From assembly GCA_040377305.1 (NCBI GenBank), contig JBEIPA010000009.1, positions 135,942 to 199,941 on the forward strand: a stretch of 64,000 bases of DNA, in the 5' to 3' direction. The DNA comes from Flavobacteriales bacterium. Its GTDB lineage: Bacteria > Bacteroidota > Bacteroidia > Palsa-965. Of the stretch, positions 1 to 9,780 are shown in pieces. Position numbers and translations under genes: made by a program. The stretch's first letter is position 1. Each line of letters begins with the position of its first letter. The notes beneath the pieces were generated by a model. The model was not told the origin of the DNA. It made no database searches and was given only the letters and a program-made list of their open reading frames with translations.

Positions 1-1220
1 CTGTCTTCCGTTGAAACGATATTCAGGTAACGAATCAGATTCTGAAGACTCTTTCGCTTGTCGTCAATCGAATTGTACGTTTTGTAATCTTTCGGCAGGA
101 ACATCATCGTGCTGTCGTAGTACGCACCAGCTTGTTTGTATTCCTGATTTTCGAAGCTCATATCGCCCAGCGCGAGATAAGAAATTGCTTTCTGCCTGTT
201 ATTCCCCTGGCTCGTCGACACCGACATTCTGTAATACTTCGCAGCTTGTGCTTTGTTGTCTTTCTTCTCGAGCTCAGCCAGTGAATAATAAATCTGATCG
301 CGGAACTCCAGGTTCTTTTCATCGAGCAGCATTTTCTCCAGATCGCGTTTTGCACCGGAAGTATTGGATGAAGTACAGATGCTCAGTCGCGCCCGGTTGA
401 GTTTTGCGTTGAAGAGCATTTCGTATTTTGGATTCAGACCAATGCACTCAGCAAAATATTCGCTGGCTTTTTTGCAGTTGCCTGTTATTTCATACAACTG
501 ACCGAGAATGTAATTGTAACGGGCGCGTGTTTTTTTATTCTTCGTAAGCGGAAGAGCTTCCTCGAGATACTTGATTGCGTTCGGATAATTTCCGGTGTGC
601 ATGTACAGATCAGCGTACGATGATTTCACGTCTCCCTTCTGAGAATTGGAAAGAGACTTGTCGGAATTAACCACATCGAGCTGGCTTTCTGCAAGTGTAT
701 AATCGCCGAGCTGAACTTCGGTGCGTGCTTTCCACATGATGGCAACACTCTGCGAAGGATTGTTCGGGTATTTCTGAATTACGTAATCGAAAAACTTCAG
801 TGCAGTAATGTATTCTGATTTGTAGTAGTGAGCCTGACCCATGATGATCCAGTTCTCATCAATCCACTTCACCGCACCGGCAATTTCAGTTCCGGATTTT
901 GTGGTGATCGCATGACGCTCAACCACGAGTGTAGCTTTCTTGATTGCTTTCTCAAGATCGGTGTAGCAACCTTTCGACTCCGGTGTATTCGGAATGCGGA
1001 ATACGGGAAGCGGCTGTGTGTAATCGTCGATGTATGTTTTCTCCACTTTATCAGCGGCGTCCTTCATGCTTTCTCTCGCGTAGAAGTAACCGTTGTAGCG
1101 GGAAGTAAGATTGTGGTAACTGCGGGTCACCCACGTGTTTTTCGTTGTGGAGCATGCAACAAGCAATGCAACCGCAACGAGTGCCAGAATGGAGTAATAG
1201 GATGAAAATCTGCGCTTCAC
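1..1220 (-). CDS. sprE: SprE/PorW-like TPR lipoprotein of the T9SS/gliding machinery; partial, runs off the left edge
   Basis: Not in the ORF track because it has no stop in the window. Manual translation from GTG at 1220 gives MKRRFSSYYSILALVAVALLVAC-STTKNTWVTRSYHNLTSRYNGYF..., then VKWIDENWIIMGQAHYYK. Lipobox cysteine and N-terminal motif are typical of SprE/PorW; the frame is still open at base 1. Confidence 0.75.
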   Translation of the reverse strand, partial: MKRRFSSYYSILALVAVALLVACSTTKNTWVTRSYHNLTSRYNGYFYARESMKDAADKVEKTYIDDYTQPLPVFRIPNTPESKGCYTDLEKAIKKATLVVERHAITTKSGTEIAGAVKWIDENWIIMGQAHYYKSEYITALKFFDYVIQKYPNNPSQSVAIMWKARTEVQLGDYTLAESQLDVVNSDKSLSNSQKGDVKSSYADLYMHTGNYPNAIKYLEEALPLTKNKKTRARYNYILGQLYEITGNCKKASEYFAECIGLNPKYEMLFNAKLNRARLSICTSSNTSGAKRDLEKMLLDEKNLEFRDQIYYSLAELEKKDNKAQAAKYYRMSVSTSQGNNRQKAISYLALGDMSFENQEYKQAGAYYDSTMMFLPKDYKTYNSIDDKRKSLQNLIRYLNIVSTED

Positions 1221-1333
1221 TTTTAACAAATCGGGCTCTCGTTTTCTGTGAAAACCACCGTCAGAACGAGAGGGGAACAAAAATAGTGTATTCTCTGTTC
1301 GAAAAGACGGCTTTTTCGCAAATGGTTGCCTCT

Positions 1334-1444
1334 TAGACGACAGACATCAGGCTTCAGACAGGAGTAATTTATATCCTTCCGGATGGAATTATTTGAAGTG
1401 CAAATTTTCACACTACTCCCGCCTCCCGTCTCCCGTCTCCCGAC
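1334..1444. repeat. Degenerate heptamer tandem arms in roughly inverted orientation
   Basis: TAGACGA-CAGACAT-CAGGCTT-CAGACAG-GAG at 1334-1364; CTCCCGC-CTCCCGT-CTCCCGT-CTCCCGA at 1416-1443. Confidence 0.7.
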
Positions 1445-1452
1445 TATCTTTG
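1445..1452 (+). promoter_or_regulatory. Bacteroidota -7 promoter element
   Basis: TATCTTTG matches TAnnTTTG, 15 nt before the ATG at 1468. Confidence 0.6.
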
Positions 1453-1467
1453 CAATTCAGCCGAAAA

Positions 1468-2331
1468 ATGAGCGAAGCATCCAAAAAGAAGTCGTGGAGA
1501 GAGCGATTGCGTTCCCGCTACCGCATGGTAGTCATGGACGACGATACGTTCGAGGAGCGTGCGTCGGTTACTTTGACGCCACTTGGAATCGTGGTTGCCA
1601 TGTCGGCGATAACGATTATCATGACTGTGCTTGTCATCAGCTTGATCGCTTTTACACCCATTCGTGAGTACATTCCGGGTTACGCGGATGTGGGCATGCA
1701 GGATTCCCTGATTGCGATGAACGAGCGCACAGATTCCCTGATTGCAGAAACCAATGCACGCCAGTTGTATCTCGACAACATTATGAATATTCTGAAGGGC
1801 AATGACACTGCCGTGAATATTCAGAATCCGACTGATACCACACGCAGTTATGACAGCCTCGATTTCTCCCGCTCAAAAGAAGATTCGTTGTTGCGCGATG
1901 AAATTGAAACGAGCGATCAGTATTCACTCGCCATTGGTGTAACGCGCAGAACCGGAATCAGTGGTTATTTCTTTTTCGCTCCTGTGAAAGGTGAAATCAC
2001 CAGTTCATTCAATCTTGCCGAAGAACATTTCGGTTGCGATGTTGCCTCTGGTGAAAACGAACCGGTGAAAACAACACTCGACGGAACAGTCATTTCAGCA
2101 GGGTGGACACCCGAAGACGGATACGTAATTCAGGTGCAACACGGAAACAATCTCATCTCCGTTTACAAGCACAACGCCGCCCTACTGAAGAAAACCGGTC
2201 AGTTCGTAAAAGCCGGAGAACCGATTGCGATCATTGGCAATTCAGGAGAACACTCTACCGGTCCGCACTTACATTTTGAGATCTGGTACAATGGAGCGCC
2301 AGTGGATCCGCAGGAGTATGTAGTGTTCTAA
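1468..2331 (+). CDS. M23 family metallopeptidase
   Basis: HFGCD and STGPHLHFEIW zinc motifs, N-terminal TM segment. Start moved to ATG 1468, downstream of the promoter motif. Confidence 0.9.
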   Translation: MSEASKKKSWRERLRSRYRMVVMDDDTFEERASVTLTPLGIVVAMSAITIIMTVLVISLIAFTPIREYIPGYADVGMQDSLIAMNERTDSLIAETNARQLYLDNIMNILKGNDTAVNIQNPTDTTRSYDSLDFSRSKEDSLLRDEIETSDQYSLAIGVTRRTGISGYFFFAPVKGEITSSFNLAEEHFGCDVASGENEPVKTTLDGTVISAGWTPEDGYVIQVQHGNNLISVYKHNAALLKKTGQFVKAGEPIAIIGNSGEHSTGPHLHFEIWYNGAPVDPQEYVVF

Positions 2332-2337
2332 TAAACT

Positions 2338-2410
2338 TGATCATTGTACATTGAACATTTGGCGTTGAATATTAATGCTCAACGCCAAACGCACAATTCT
2401 CAATGTTCAC
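2338..2410. repeat. Stand-alone palindromic element made of the two arms of the 55.3-56.3 kb repeat
   Basis: 2374-2409 matches the reverse complement of 56024-56059 at 34/36. 2345-2366 matches the reverse complement of AACGCCAAATGTTCAATGTTCA at 21/22. Confidence 0.9.
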
Positions 2411-2434
2411 GGAAGTTCGTTTTGAGATAGTACG

Positions 2435-2457
2435 CCCTTCGACAGGCTCAGGACAAG
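2435..2457. repeat. REP-like short dispersed element CTTCGAC..GCTCAG..GACA
   Basis: CCCTTCGACAGGCTCAGGACAAG; a related copy lies at 21925-21947. Confidence 0.55.
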
Positions 2458-2534
2458 CTCCATGGACGGAAAATACTGATCAGACGGATTTTCGTTTTGT
2501 TACTTCTTCGAATAACTGAAGTTATAGTAGAGTT

Positions 2535-3134
2535 ATGCGAACACTTAATGTAATTTTTATTCTGGCGTTTTCGGCCCTGCTTATTTCTTTTTCCCGACCG
2601 GGAGACGTAAAGCCCGGGCACAAAACTCTTTCCGATTCAAGTTTTGTTGTAGGCGATGTGGTTGCGTTCACACCAGTGTATTTTAACCTGGGTAGGTGCA
2701 CACTACTTGCGGATAAGGATTCGGTATTCAGTCAGACGGATTCGTTAAAGCCCGTGGTCAAATTCATCAACGATCATCCGAATTTCGTCTTTGAAATCCG
2801 TAACCATACTGATACTGTAAATCCTCACGCCTCTACCAAATACACTGCATGTCGTGCAAAATCAGTTCTTGACCGCATGATTGAATTAGGTGCAGATAAA
2901 AACAGGCTCACTGCAAAAGGAATGGGGGACATAGAGCCGTTGAAACTGAGCCACACCCTGTATCTGCCATCAGGAGATTCGCTAACAGCTGGCGCCGTTT
3001 TAACACACAGGTTCATTGCATCGAGAAAATCGAAAAAGGATGATTGGGAATATCTGCGCATGAAGAACCGGCGCACGGACTTGAAAATTGTCCGAACAGA
3101 TTATGTAGAGCCGGTGGACACGCTGAAGAAATAA
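2535..3134 (+). CDS. OmpA-like C-terminal (peptidoglycan-binding) domain protein
   Basis: Signal peptide; EIRNHTD, RAKSV, LTAKGMG and KNRRTD motifs. Confidence 0.8.
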   Translation: MRTLNVIFILAFSALLISFSRPGDVKPGHKTLSDSSFVVGDVVAFTPVYFNLGRCTLLADKDSVFSQTDSLKPVVKFINDHPNFVFEIRNHTDTVNPHASTKYTACRAKSVLDRMIELGADKNRLTAKGMGDIEPLKLSHTLYLPSGDSLTAGAVLTHRFIASRKSKKDDWEYLRMKNRRTDLKIVRTDYVEPVDTLKK

Positions 3135-3247
3135 ATTATTGGAAGACAAGTCGATCTTCGTGTTTGCGTATGTGCCAGATGTAAATTAAGATCAACCGGC
3201 GGTTTCTTTGTTTGAAACCGGCTCCTCGGGTTTCGTAATTTCATATT

Positions 3248-3934
3248 ATGAAGTTTCTTGCTGCATTGCTTCTTTTGGTAGCGTTGGTCTTGAATTGCGG
3301 AACCTCTTCTGTTGATGCACTTCAAATCAACAGCGAAGACAGTATTTGCAATGTTGAAAGAAATGCCGCGCGGAAAGGGTTTGAGAAAGGCGATTTTTAT
3401 CTGCCTGATACACGTGATTACAGGAATCCATCTTATGTTGAAGAGGCATTTTATGTGTTGTACAATGTAAAGCCTAAATATTTTTGGACTGATGTGGTAG
3501 GAAATCCAGCTTCTTGTTACGACCTGATGATTGATTCGCTAGTCACAAAAAAATTCGGGAAGGATGCATTTGATCGGGCGCAGGCTTATGCTGACCATTT
3601 GCAATCGACATATCCAAACCGATACGGAAGCGATTGCTTTTATAGTCCAAGTTATATACCGAACGGTGATTCGTTAACGGCAGATTTGTGGAAGGTGATT
3701 CATTATCCGGAAGCAGCGAAACGAGATAGCATAACGGGGGTGGTATATGTGCGATTGGAAATTGATTCTACAGGATCTGTTTCAAAAGCGACCGTAGTTA
3801 AAGGTGTTCGACATGATTTGGATAGTGCGGCGGTCGCTGGAGCCCTTAAGCTCGGAAAATTTCATGTTGAGCGACGCTGGGGTATAAAGCAAGCGGCAGA
3901 GTTAAATATTCCAATCAGATTCTCCCTCAAGTAA
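3248..3934 (+). CDS. TonB C-terminal domain protein, probably a lipoprotein
   Basis: C-terminal IHYPEAAKRDSITGVVYVRLEIDSTG...LDSAAV...IPIRF. Confidence 0.8.
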   Translation: MKFLAALLLLVALVLNCGTSSVDALQINSEDSICNVERNAARKGFEKGDFYLPDTRDYRNPSYVEEAFYVLYNVKPKYFWTDVVGNPASCYDLMIDSLVTKKFGKDAFDRAQAYADHLQSTYPNRYGSDCFYSPSYIPNGDSLTADLWKVIHYPEAAKRDSITGVVYVRLEIDSTGSVSKATVVKGVRHDLDSAAVAGALKLGKFHVERRWGIKQAAELNIPIRFSLK

Positions 3935-3968
3935 CAGAACTGAGGACCGAGAACTGAGAACCGAGCAC
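3935..3968. repeat. Heptamer tandem (consensus YGAGAAC) abutting the dxr promoter
   Basis: CAGAAC-TGAGGAC-CGAGAAC-TGAGAAC-CGAGCAC, followed directly by TATCTTTG at 3969-3976. Confidence 0.75.
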
Positions 3969-3981
3969 TATCTTTGGCCCC

Positions 3982-5139
3982 GTGAACGATCAAGCAAAAA
4001 AACTCGCCATTCTCGGCTCAACCGGTTCAATCGGTACGCAAGCACTAGATGTAGTTGCGTCGCACCCGGATGAATTTGTGGTGGAAGTTCTGGCAGCAGG
4101 AAATAATTCTGATTTGCTGATTGAACAGGCGCTGAAGTTCAAACCGAATGTGGTTGTGATCAATGACGTTGGGCAACTCGCGAAGGTGAAAGGCGCGTTG
4201 CTGGATGAAGGCATCAAAGTTTACGGCGGTGAAGATGCGCTGGTTGACGTGGTGCAGATGGAAACCATAGACATGGTACTTGCTGCGATTGTAGGTTATG
4301 CCGGATTGCGTTCTACACTTGCTGCAATCAATGCCGGAAAGCAAATTGCATTAGCGAATAAAGAAACTCTTGTTGTTGCGGGCGAGCTCGTGACGAAAAC
4401 GGCGAAGGAAAAAGCAGTGAATCTGTATCCGGTGGATTCCGAACACTCTGCAATTTTTCAATGTCTTGCAGGCGAGTTTCACAATCCGATTGAAAAAATT
4501 TACCTCACTGCATCAGGCGGACCTTTCAGAGGAAAAACGCGTGAACAGTTGGCGAATGTTACGAAGGCGGAAGCGCTGAAACATCCGAACTGGTCCATGG
4601 GCGCGAAGATTACAATCGACTCTGCGACGTTGATGAACAAAGGACTTGAAGTGATAGAAGCGAAATGGCTTTTTCATCTCAAGCCCGAGCAGATTGATGT
4701 GATTGTACATCCGCAAAGCATTGTGCACAGCATTGTACAATTCGGCGATGGTTCCATGAAAGCGCAGATGGGATTACCCGATATGAAATTGCCGATTCAA
4801 TATGCAATGGGTTATCCCAAGCGTTTGAAATCTGATTTTCCCCGTTTCGATTTTCTGAAATATCCTTCGCTCACATTCGAGCAAGTGGATCGCAAAACGT
4901 TTTCGTGTTTGGATCTCGCTTATTCCGCAATGAAACGTGGCGGCAACAACGCCTGCATCATGAATGCTGCGAACGAAATTGCAGTAGAAGCTTTTCTCAA
5001 TGGCAAAATCAAGTTCCTGCAGATCGCCGAGGTGATTGAAAAGACGATGGCGAAAGCGATTCATATTGCGAGTCCTTCGTACGATGATCTTGTTCGCAGC
5101 GACAAAGAGGCGAGGAGACAAGCGGCGGCTTACCTTTAA
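3982..5139 (+). CDS. dxr: 1-deoxy-D-xylulose 5-phosphate reductoisomerase
   Basis: LGSTGSIGTQ, LANKE, PVDSEH, HPNWSMGAKITIDSAT and NKGLE motifs. Confidence 0.98.
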   Translation: MNDQAKKLAILGSTGSIGTQALDVVASHPDEFVVEVLAAGNNSDLLIEQALKFKPNVVVINDVGQLAKVKGALLDEGIKVYGGEDALVDVVQMETIDMVLAAIVGYAGLRSTLAAINAGKQIALANKETLVVAGELVTKTAKEKAVNLYPVDSEHSAIFQCLAGEFHNPIEKIYLTASGGPFRGKTREQLANVTKAEALKHPNWSMGAKITIDSATLMNKGLEVIEAKWLFHLKPEQIDVIVHPQSIVHSIVQFGDGSMKAQMGLPDMKLPIQYAMGYPKRLKSDFPRFDFLKYPSLTFEQVDRKTFSCLDLAYSAMKRGGNNACIMNAANEIAVEAFLNGKIKFLQIAEVIEKTMAKAIHIASPSYDDLVRSDKEARRQAAAYL

Positions 5140-5290
5140 CCACATAGTAACATAGGCCCGTTGTTTTCTTGTTGGGCGAAAGAACTACATAGTTCACAAG
5201 AGAATATCGCCAGGCGATATTTCTCATGTAACCTATGATCGCGTAGCGCCTTAGCAAGTATCGAAAACTATGGTTCCTATGTAGTTCGCC
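5139..5290. repeat. Nested inverted-repeat element with ACATAG/CTATGT arms
   Basis: Outer arms AACCACATAGTAACATAG / CTATGGTTCCTATGTAGTT; inner arms enclose GAGAATATCGCC-A-GGCGATATTTCTC. Confidence 0.65.
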
Positions 5291-5302
5291 GCGGACAATC
5301 AC

Positions 5303-5337
5303 AAAAAAAAGAGCCGCAGGTTATGCAGCTCTCTTTT
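5303..5337. terminator. Probable intrinsic terminator between convergent genes
   Basis: A-run, GAGCCGCA stem pairing with TGCAGCTC, then a T-run. Confidence 0.6.
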
Positions 5338-5354
5338 ATAAAATCTAAATCGTC

Positions 5355-7388
5355 TTATCGAACAATCTGAATCTGTTGTTTACCGGAATGAACTACATCA
5401 GAAACTTGAACGATAAACGTTCCTTGCGCTTCTGCGGTGAGATCAATTGCATGAGCAGTTTGACCGGAAACACTCTTCAGCATCTCACTGTAAACAACTC
5501 GTCCGGTTAGATCCGTAATTTCAATGCTCACGTTTCCGCTGTAGCCTGTGAGATTCAGGTTTACATGTCCATCACCAGGATTCGGGAAGATGTTGAATCC
5601 GGCAGCAGAAGTATTTGCTCCGATTGCCGTACAAACATCAACGTAAACACTCGTAGAATCCAGAGACGAACATCCGTTTGCATCCGTGAAAGAATAAACG
5701 AGAGAATAAGTTCCAACACCTGTTGAAGGATCGAACATATTTCCGGTTACACCCGGACCAGCCCACGCTCCACCAGCAGGTGAACCTGTAAGTGTTACGT
5801 CGTTGTCGGCAAGGCAAACTGTGTCCATCGCTGCACTTGCTGTTACCGTAGGAATGGTGTTGATTGTAACGTTGATAGTATCATTAGCTGTGCAACCGTT
5901 AACGTCAGTCACACTTACAAAGTAAGATCCGCTGGTAGAAGCAACATTCGTTTGAGCTGTGCTGTTGTCATTCCACAGATAAGTAGAACCGGAGTTGCCT
6001 GCATCGAGTGTTGCAGTTCCGCCGCATTGTGTAATATCAGTTCCGAGGTTTACAACCGGAATCGGGTTCAACACCACAGAGATTGTATCTGCATCCATAC
6101 ATCCGTTTGCATCTGTAATCGAAACGTTGTACGATCCGCTTGCAGTTACGTTGATGATTTGTGTTACTGCGCTTGTGCTCCACAGGTATGTAGAACCAGC
6201 ATTGCCTGCATCAAGCATCACAGACGAGCCGCACATCGTAATGTCTGCACCCAACGCAACAACCGGCAATGCGTTTACCGTTACTGTAGTGTTCATTGCA
6301 GTTCCTGTTCCGCATGCATTAATTCCTGCAACAGAAACAGTACCTGATGTTGTACCAAATACAACTGTAATTGTGGTTGTTCCTTGTCCGCTTTGTATCA
6401 CCGAACCTGCAGGCACATTCCATAAATAGGAATTCGCTCCCGGAACAGCACTAATGCTGAAAGACTCTGTAGATCCTGCACAAACAGAAACTGAACCTGT
6501 GATTGCACCTGGTTGTGGTGGTACACCCGAAGCTGAACTCGGAGTGATATTAACGAGACCGCTACCTGTTCGTGCAGCCGGTGTATTGATCTGATTCGTG
6601 CCACCATTGAAGGAGCCGCCACCGCCGCCGCCTGCTCTTGTACTCGAACCTTCACCACCGCCACCGCCGGAATAACCGCCACCGCCACCACATCCGCACA
6701 CGGCACCACCTCCGCCGCCAAATCCACCATCACCTTCCAGACCCGGACCGCCCGTGAATGAAGGGGTACCATCTCCACCTGTAAACAGTGGATAAGTTAG
6801 TCCAGCTGTACAGCCGTTCCCCCAAGTTGAGTTTCCTCCAGAAGTTAACCAGCCGGTTCCGCCAGAACCCACACCCGATGGTGCTGATCCCGATCCGCCG
6901 TTTCCTCCTGTACCTCCCGGTGCTGAAGAAGGTCCATTGCCTTGTGTTCCACTAGTGGTGATCGATGCATCAATACCGAAAATGTACGTAGTTGGTGTCC
7001 AGTTAGTGTTTCCACCGCCACCACCACCTGCCGCAACAAGCAGTGTACGCCCAGGACCATTGCTTTTCCAGACAAAAGTTCCACCGCCACCGCCGGAAGA
7101 TGCTGCCGGTCCGCCGCAGGCATTCACTTCACCCTGATGGCCAACAACAATGTAAATGGTGTCGCCCAGAGTCACCGGAAATGTTCCTTGAATACGTGCG
7201 CCAAGCCCACCATTCGTATTGCCACCCTGTGCTCCGTATGCATCAATATCAATTGATGTTACGCAGCCAGTAACCACATATTGCTGGATCGTACCATTCT
7301 TTCCGGTACCCGTGGGGTTAAAGGTTAATGTCTGTGCTTGCAGTGAAACGAGACCGACTGCCGCGATTATTGTAAAAATTCCTCTCAT
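5355..7388 (-). CDS. T9SS type A cargo with a glycine-rich (ALK/LTK GRD-like) N-terminal domain and PKD/Ig-like repeats
   Basis: Signal peptide; AYGAQGG, SSGGGGGTF, LLVAAGGGGG and GGFGGGG...GGGGGYSGGGG motifs; CTD begins IFPNPG. Confidence 0.8.
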   Translation of the reverse strand: MRGIFTIIAAVGLVSLQAQTLTFNPTGTGKNGTIQQYVVTGCVTSIDIDAYGAQGGNTNGGLGARIQGTFPVTLGDTIYIVVGHQGEVNACGGPAASSGGGGGTFVWKSNGPGRTLLVAAGGGGGGNTNWTPTTYIFGIDASITTSGTQGNGPSSAPGGTGGNGGSGSAPSGVGSGGTGWLTSGGNSTWGNGCTAGLTYPLFTGGDGTPSFTGGPGLEGDGGFGGGGGAVCGCGGGGGYSGGGGGEGSSTRAGGGGGGSFNGGTNQINTPAARTGSGLVNITPSSASGVPPQPGAITGSVSVCAGSTESFSISAVPGANSYLWNVPAGSVIQSGQGTTTITVVFGTTSGTVSVAGINACGTGTAMNTTVTVNALPVVALGADITMCGSSVMLDAGNAGSTYLWSTSAVTQIINVTASGSYNVSITDANGCMDADTISVVLNPIPVVNLGTDITQCGGTATLDAGNSGSTYLWNDNSTAQTNVASTSGSYFVSVTDVNGCTANDTINVTINTIPTVTASAAMDTVCLADNDVTLTGSPAGGAWAGPGVTGNMFDPSTGVGTYSLVYSFTDANGCSSLDSTSVYVDVCTAIGANTSAAGFNIFPNPGDGHVNLNLTGYSGNVSIEITDLTGRVVYSEMLKSVSGQTAHAIDLTAEAQGTFIVQVSDVVHSGKQQIQIVR

Positions 7389-7540
7389 GTTAGGATTGGT
7401 TTAAGTGAATTGCCTGACGACAAATTACAAAAAAATACAAATAATCCAGAATCGGTTTTCCGGAGACGGGCTGATTCAGGGGAATGAACATCAGGACTAT
7501 ATGAATTGGTTACCTTTGCCTTCGCAATAAAAAACGAGCT

Positions 7541-8866
7541 GTGGTAAAATTCACCCTTTTCTTCATGAGTCTTTCGTTCCTGATCATTCTTCATGAATTC
7601 GGGCACTATATAACTGCGCGTTGGTTCAAAGCCCGCGTTGATAAATTCTATCTCTTTTTCGACTTCCTGTTTCCATTCGGCAACTTGCTGAAGTTTTCTT
7701 TGTTCAAGAAAAAAATCGGGAATACCGAATACGGTCTTGGTTGGTTTCCTTTTGGCGGGTACGTAGACATTGCCGGTATGATGGCAGATCCTGATAAACC
7801 AGATCAGAAGCCGGAGCCCGATGAATTCCGCGCAAAAAAACCTTATCAGCGTTTGATCATCCTTGCAGGAGGAATCACCGTAAACTTTTTACTCGCGATC
7901 ATTATTTACAGCATGATTTTCTTTGCATGGGGAGAAGAATATCTTCCAACCAGCGAAGCACGTTACGGAATTACGGTCGATTCATTGCTCACGAACGTTG
8001 GTTTGCATGATGGTGACAAAATCGTTTCTGTAGACAACAAACCGGTTGAACGTTTCAACTCATTGACTTCATTGATCTTTATTGATCAGGCGAAATCAAT
8101 TCAGGTTATGCGTAATGGCAAGGAAGAAAACATTATGCTTCCTGACCTTGATAAGTCATTGCTAAAAGCAGAGAATGCCAAATTCCTGATCGAGCCCCGT
8201 TTCCCCTTCGTAGTCGACAGCGTGTTTACTGATTTACCTGGATACAGCGCTGGATTCAAAGAGAACGATAGTCTTGTTACGCTTAACGGCGATTCACTGC
8301 TGTACTATCAGCAGTTTGTAAAAGAGCTGCAACATCAGAAGAGCAAACCGGTTGTTGTTGGACTTTATCGCAATGGTCAGTGGATGGAAATTCCGGTGAC
8401 CGTGAACGAAGAAGCTCGCATCGGGTTACTTCCTTACTCAGGCGACCGCTATCTTAAGACGAAGAAAATGGAGTATGGCTTTTTCGAATCATGGGGCTTG
8501 GGTTGGAATCGGACACTGGACAAGTTGGGCGGTTACATCAAACAAATGCGTTTGATCTTCTCGAAAGAAGGAGTTACGAAAGTGGGTGGATTTGCAAGTA
8601 TCGCCAGCGTATTCCCGGAAGGGTGGGATTGGAGAGGATTCTGGGAAATCACTGCAATGTTATCCGTGATTCTTGCGTTTATGAACTTACTGCCGATTCC
8701 GGTTCTCGACGGAGGCTATATTCTCTTCGTTTTGTGGGAAATGGTTACCGGGAAGAAGGTTAGCGACAAGTTCATGAACAAAGCACTTACAGTTGGCATG
8801 TATCTTGTTTTAGGATTGCTGGTGCTTGCCAATGGTAATGATATCTATCGATTCCTGATAAAGTAA
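7541..8866 (+). CDS. rseP: RIP metalloprotease RseP
   Basis: HEFGH motif, PDZ domains, NLLPIPVLDGG; TACCTTTG promoter motif at 7511-7518. Confidence 0.95.
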   Translation: MVKFTLFFMSLSFLIILHEFGHYITARWFKARVDKFYLFFDFLFPFGNLLKFSLFKKKIGNTEYGLGWFPFGGYVDIAGMMADPDKPDQKPEPDEFRAKKPYQRLIILAGGITVNFLLAIIIYSMIFFAWGEEYLPTSEARYGITVDSLLTNVGLHDGDKIVSVDNKPVERFNSLTSLIFIDQAKSIQVMRNGKEENIMLPDLDKSLLKAENAKFLIEPRFPFVVDSVFTDLPGYSAGFKENDSLVTLNGDSLLYYQQFVKELQHQKSKPVVVGLYRNGQWMEIPVTVNEEARIGLLPYSGDRYLKTKKMEYGFFESWGLGWNRTLDKLGGYIKQMRLIFSKEGVTKVGGFASIASVFPEGWDWRGFWEITAMLSVILAFMNLLPIPVLDGGYILFVLWEMVTGKKVSDKFMNKALTVGMYLVLGLLVLANGNDIYRFLIK

Positions 8867-8955
8867 TCAGTTGATGTTCGGATTAGGTAGTTAATGGCGG
8901 GCATTTAAAGTGATGGAATCAACTAATCGGCATATTAACTAATCAACTAATTGAC

Positions 8956-9780
8956 ATGTCGCGCTGTTTAACAGTACTCTTCTTCGTCCTGATTAGTGTA
9001 AGTTCCATTGCACAGTCGTCTACACGTACTTCCGACACGGCAACCGATGTAAAAACCACCGGCGCAAACGGAAAGGCGAATGTGCTCATCATTCCATGGT
9101 CGCCGAAAATGTTTAACGGCAGCTCGGATGTAACGCGCGACATCAGCACAACCAGCGGAGAGAATTACAACACCATCCAGGAAACGTTTCGCATGGGCAT
9201 GTGTATGCAGATGAAGACAACGTTTTCTGCAGCGTATAATGCAACCACGTTGCTCGACGATACTGCAACGATGAAAGTCGATCTGATGTACGTGTACAAC
9301 GTAACTGCCACAGAATACATTTCAGTGAACGCTCCGTTGAATCCGGAACCTGCTGTGAAGAAAGATGTGAAAGATGCAGGCGCAGGATCAGTAACCGGAA
9401 TTAAGAACGGACAAGTTCAGGTAGAACAGCAAGAAGGTGAAAAGTTCATGAACACAGTTCTGCTTAGCCCAAATCTTTTGGATCACCTCCGGAAAGCATA
9501 CAAGTGTGAATACGTCGTGTTTCTTAATCAACTCGACATGCAGAATGATTTCGGAACTGATCCGTACAACACAACCGGCATGACCGATTTCAAACGCAGC
9601 TCATCTTTGCATTGGACTATTTTCAACACTTCAACCAAGAAGCGTGTGGCGATGGGCAAGAACAAAGCGTTGTTCCCGAACACGCATAAAACCACGAAGA
9701 AAATTATGGATGCTTCGTTTGGTGTTGTTTCGAAAGCGGTGTACGACAAGTTCGTTGTCGCGATTACTCCGAAAAAGTAA
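8956..9780 (+). CDS. Secreted hypothetical protein
   Basis: 274-aa ORF with a signal peptide; no family recognised. Confidence 0.7.
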   Translation: MSRCLTVLFFVLISVSSIAQSSTRTSDTATDVKTTGANGKANVLIIPWSPKMFNGSSDVTRDISTTSGENYNTIQETFRMGMCMQMKTTFSAAYNATTLLDDTATMKVDLMYVYNVTATEYISVNAPLNPEPAVKKDVKDAGAGSVTGIKNGQVQVEQQEGEKFMNTVLLSPNLLDHLRKAYKCEYVVFLNQLDMQNDFGTDPYNTTGMTDFKRSSSLHWTIFNTSTKKRVAMGKNKALFPNTHKTTKKIMDASFGVVSKAVYDKFVVAITPKK

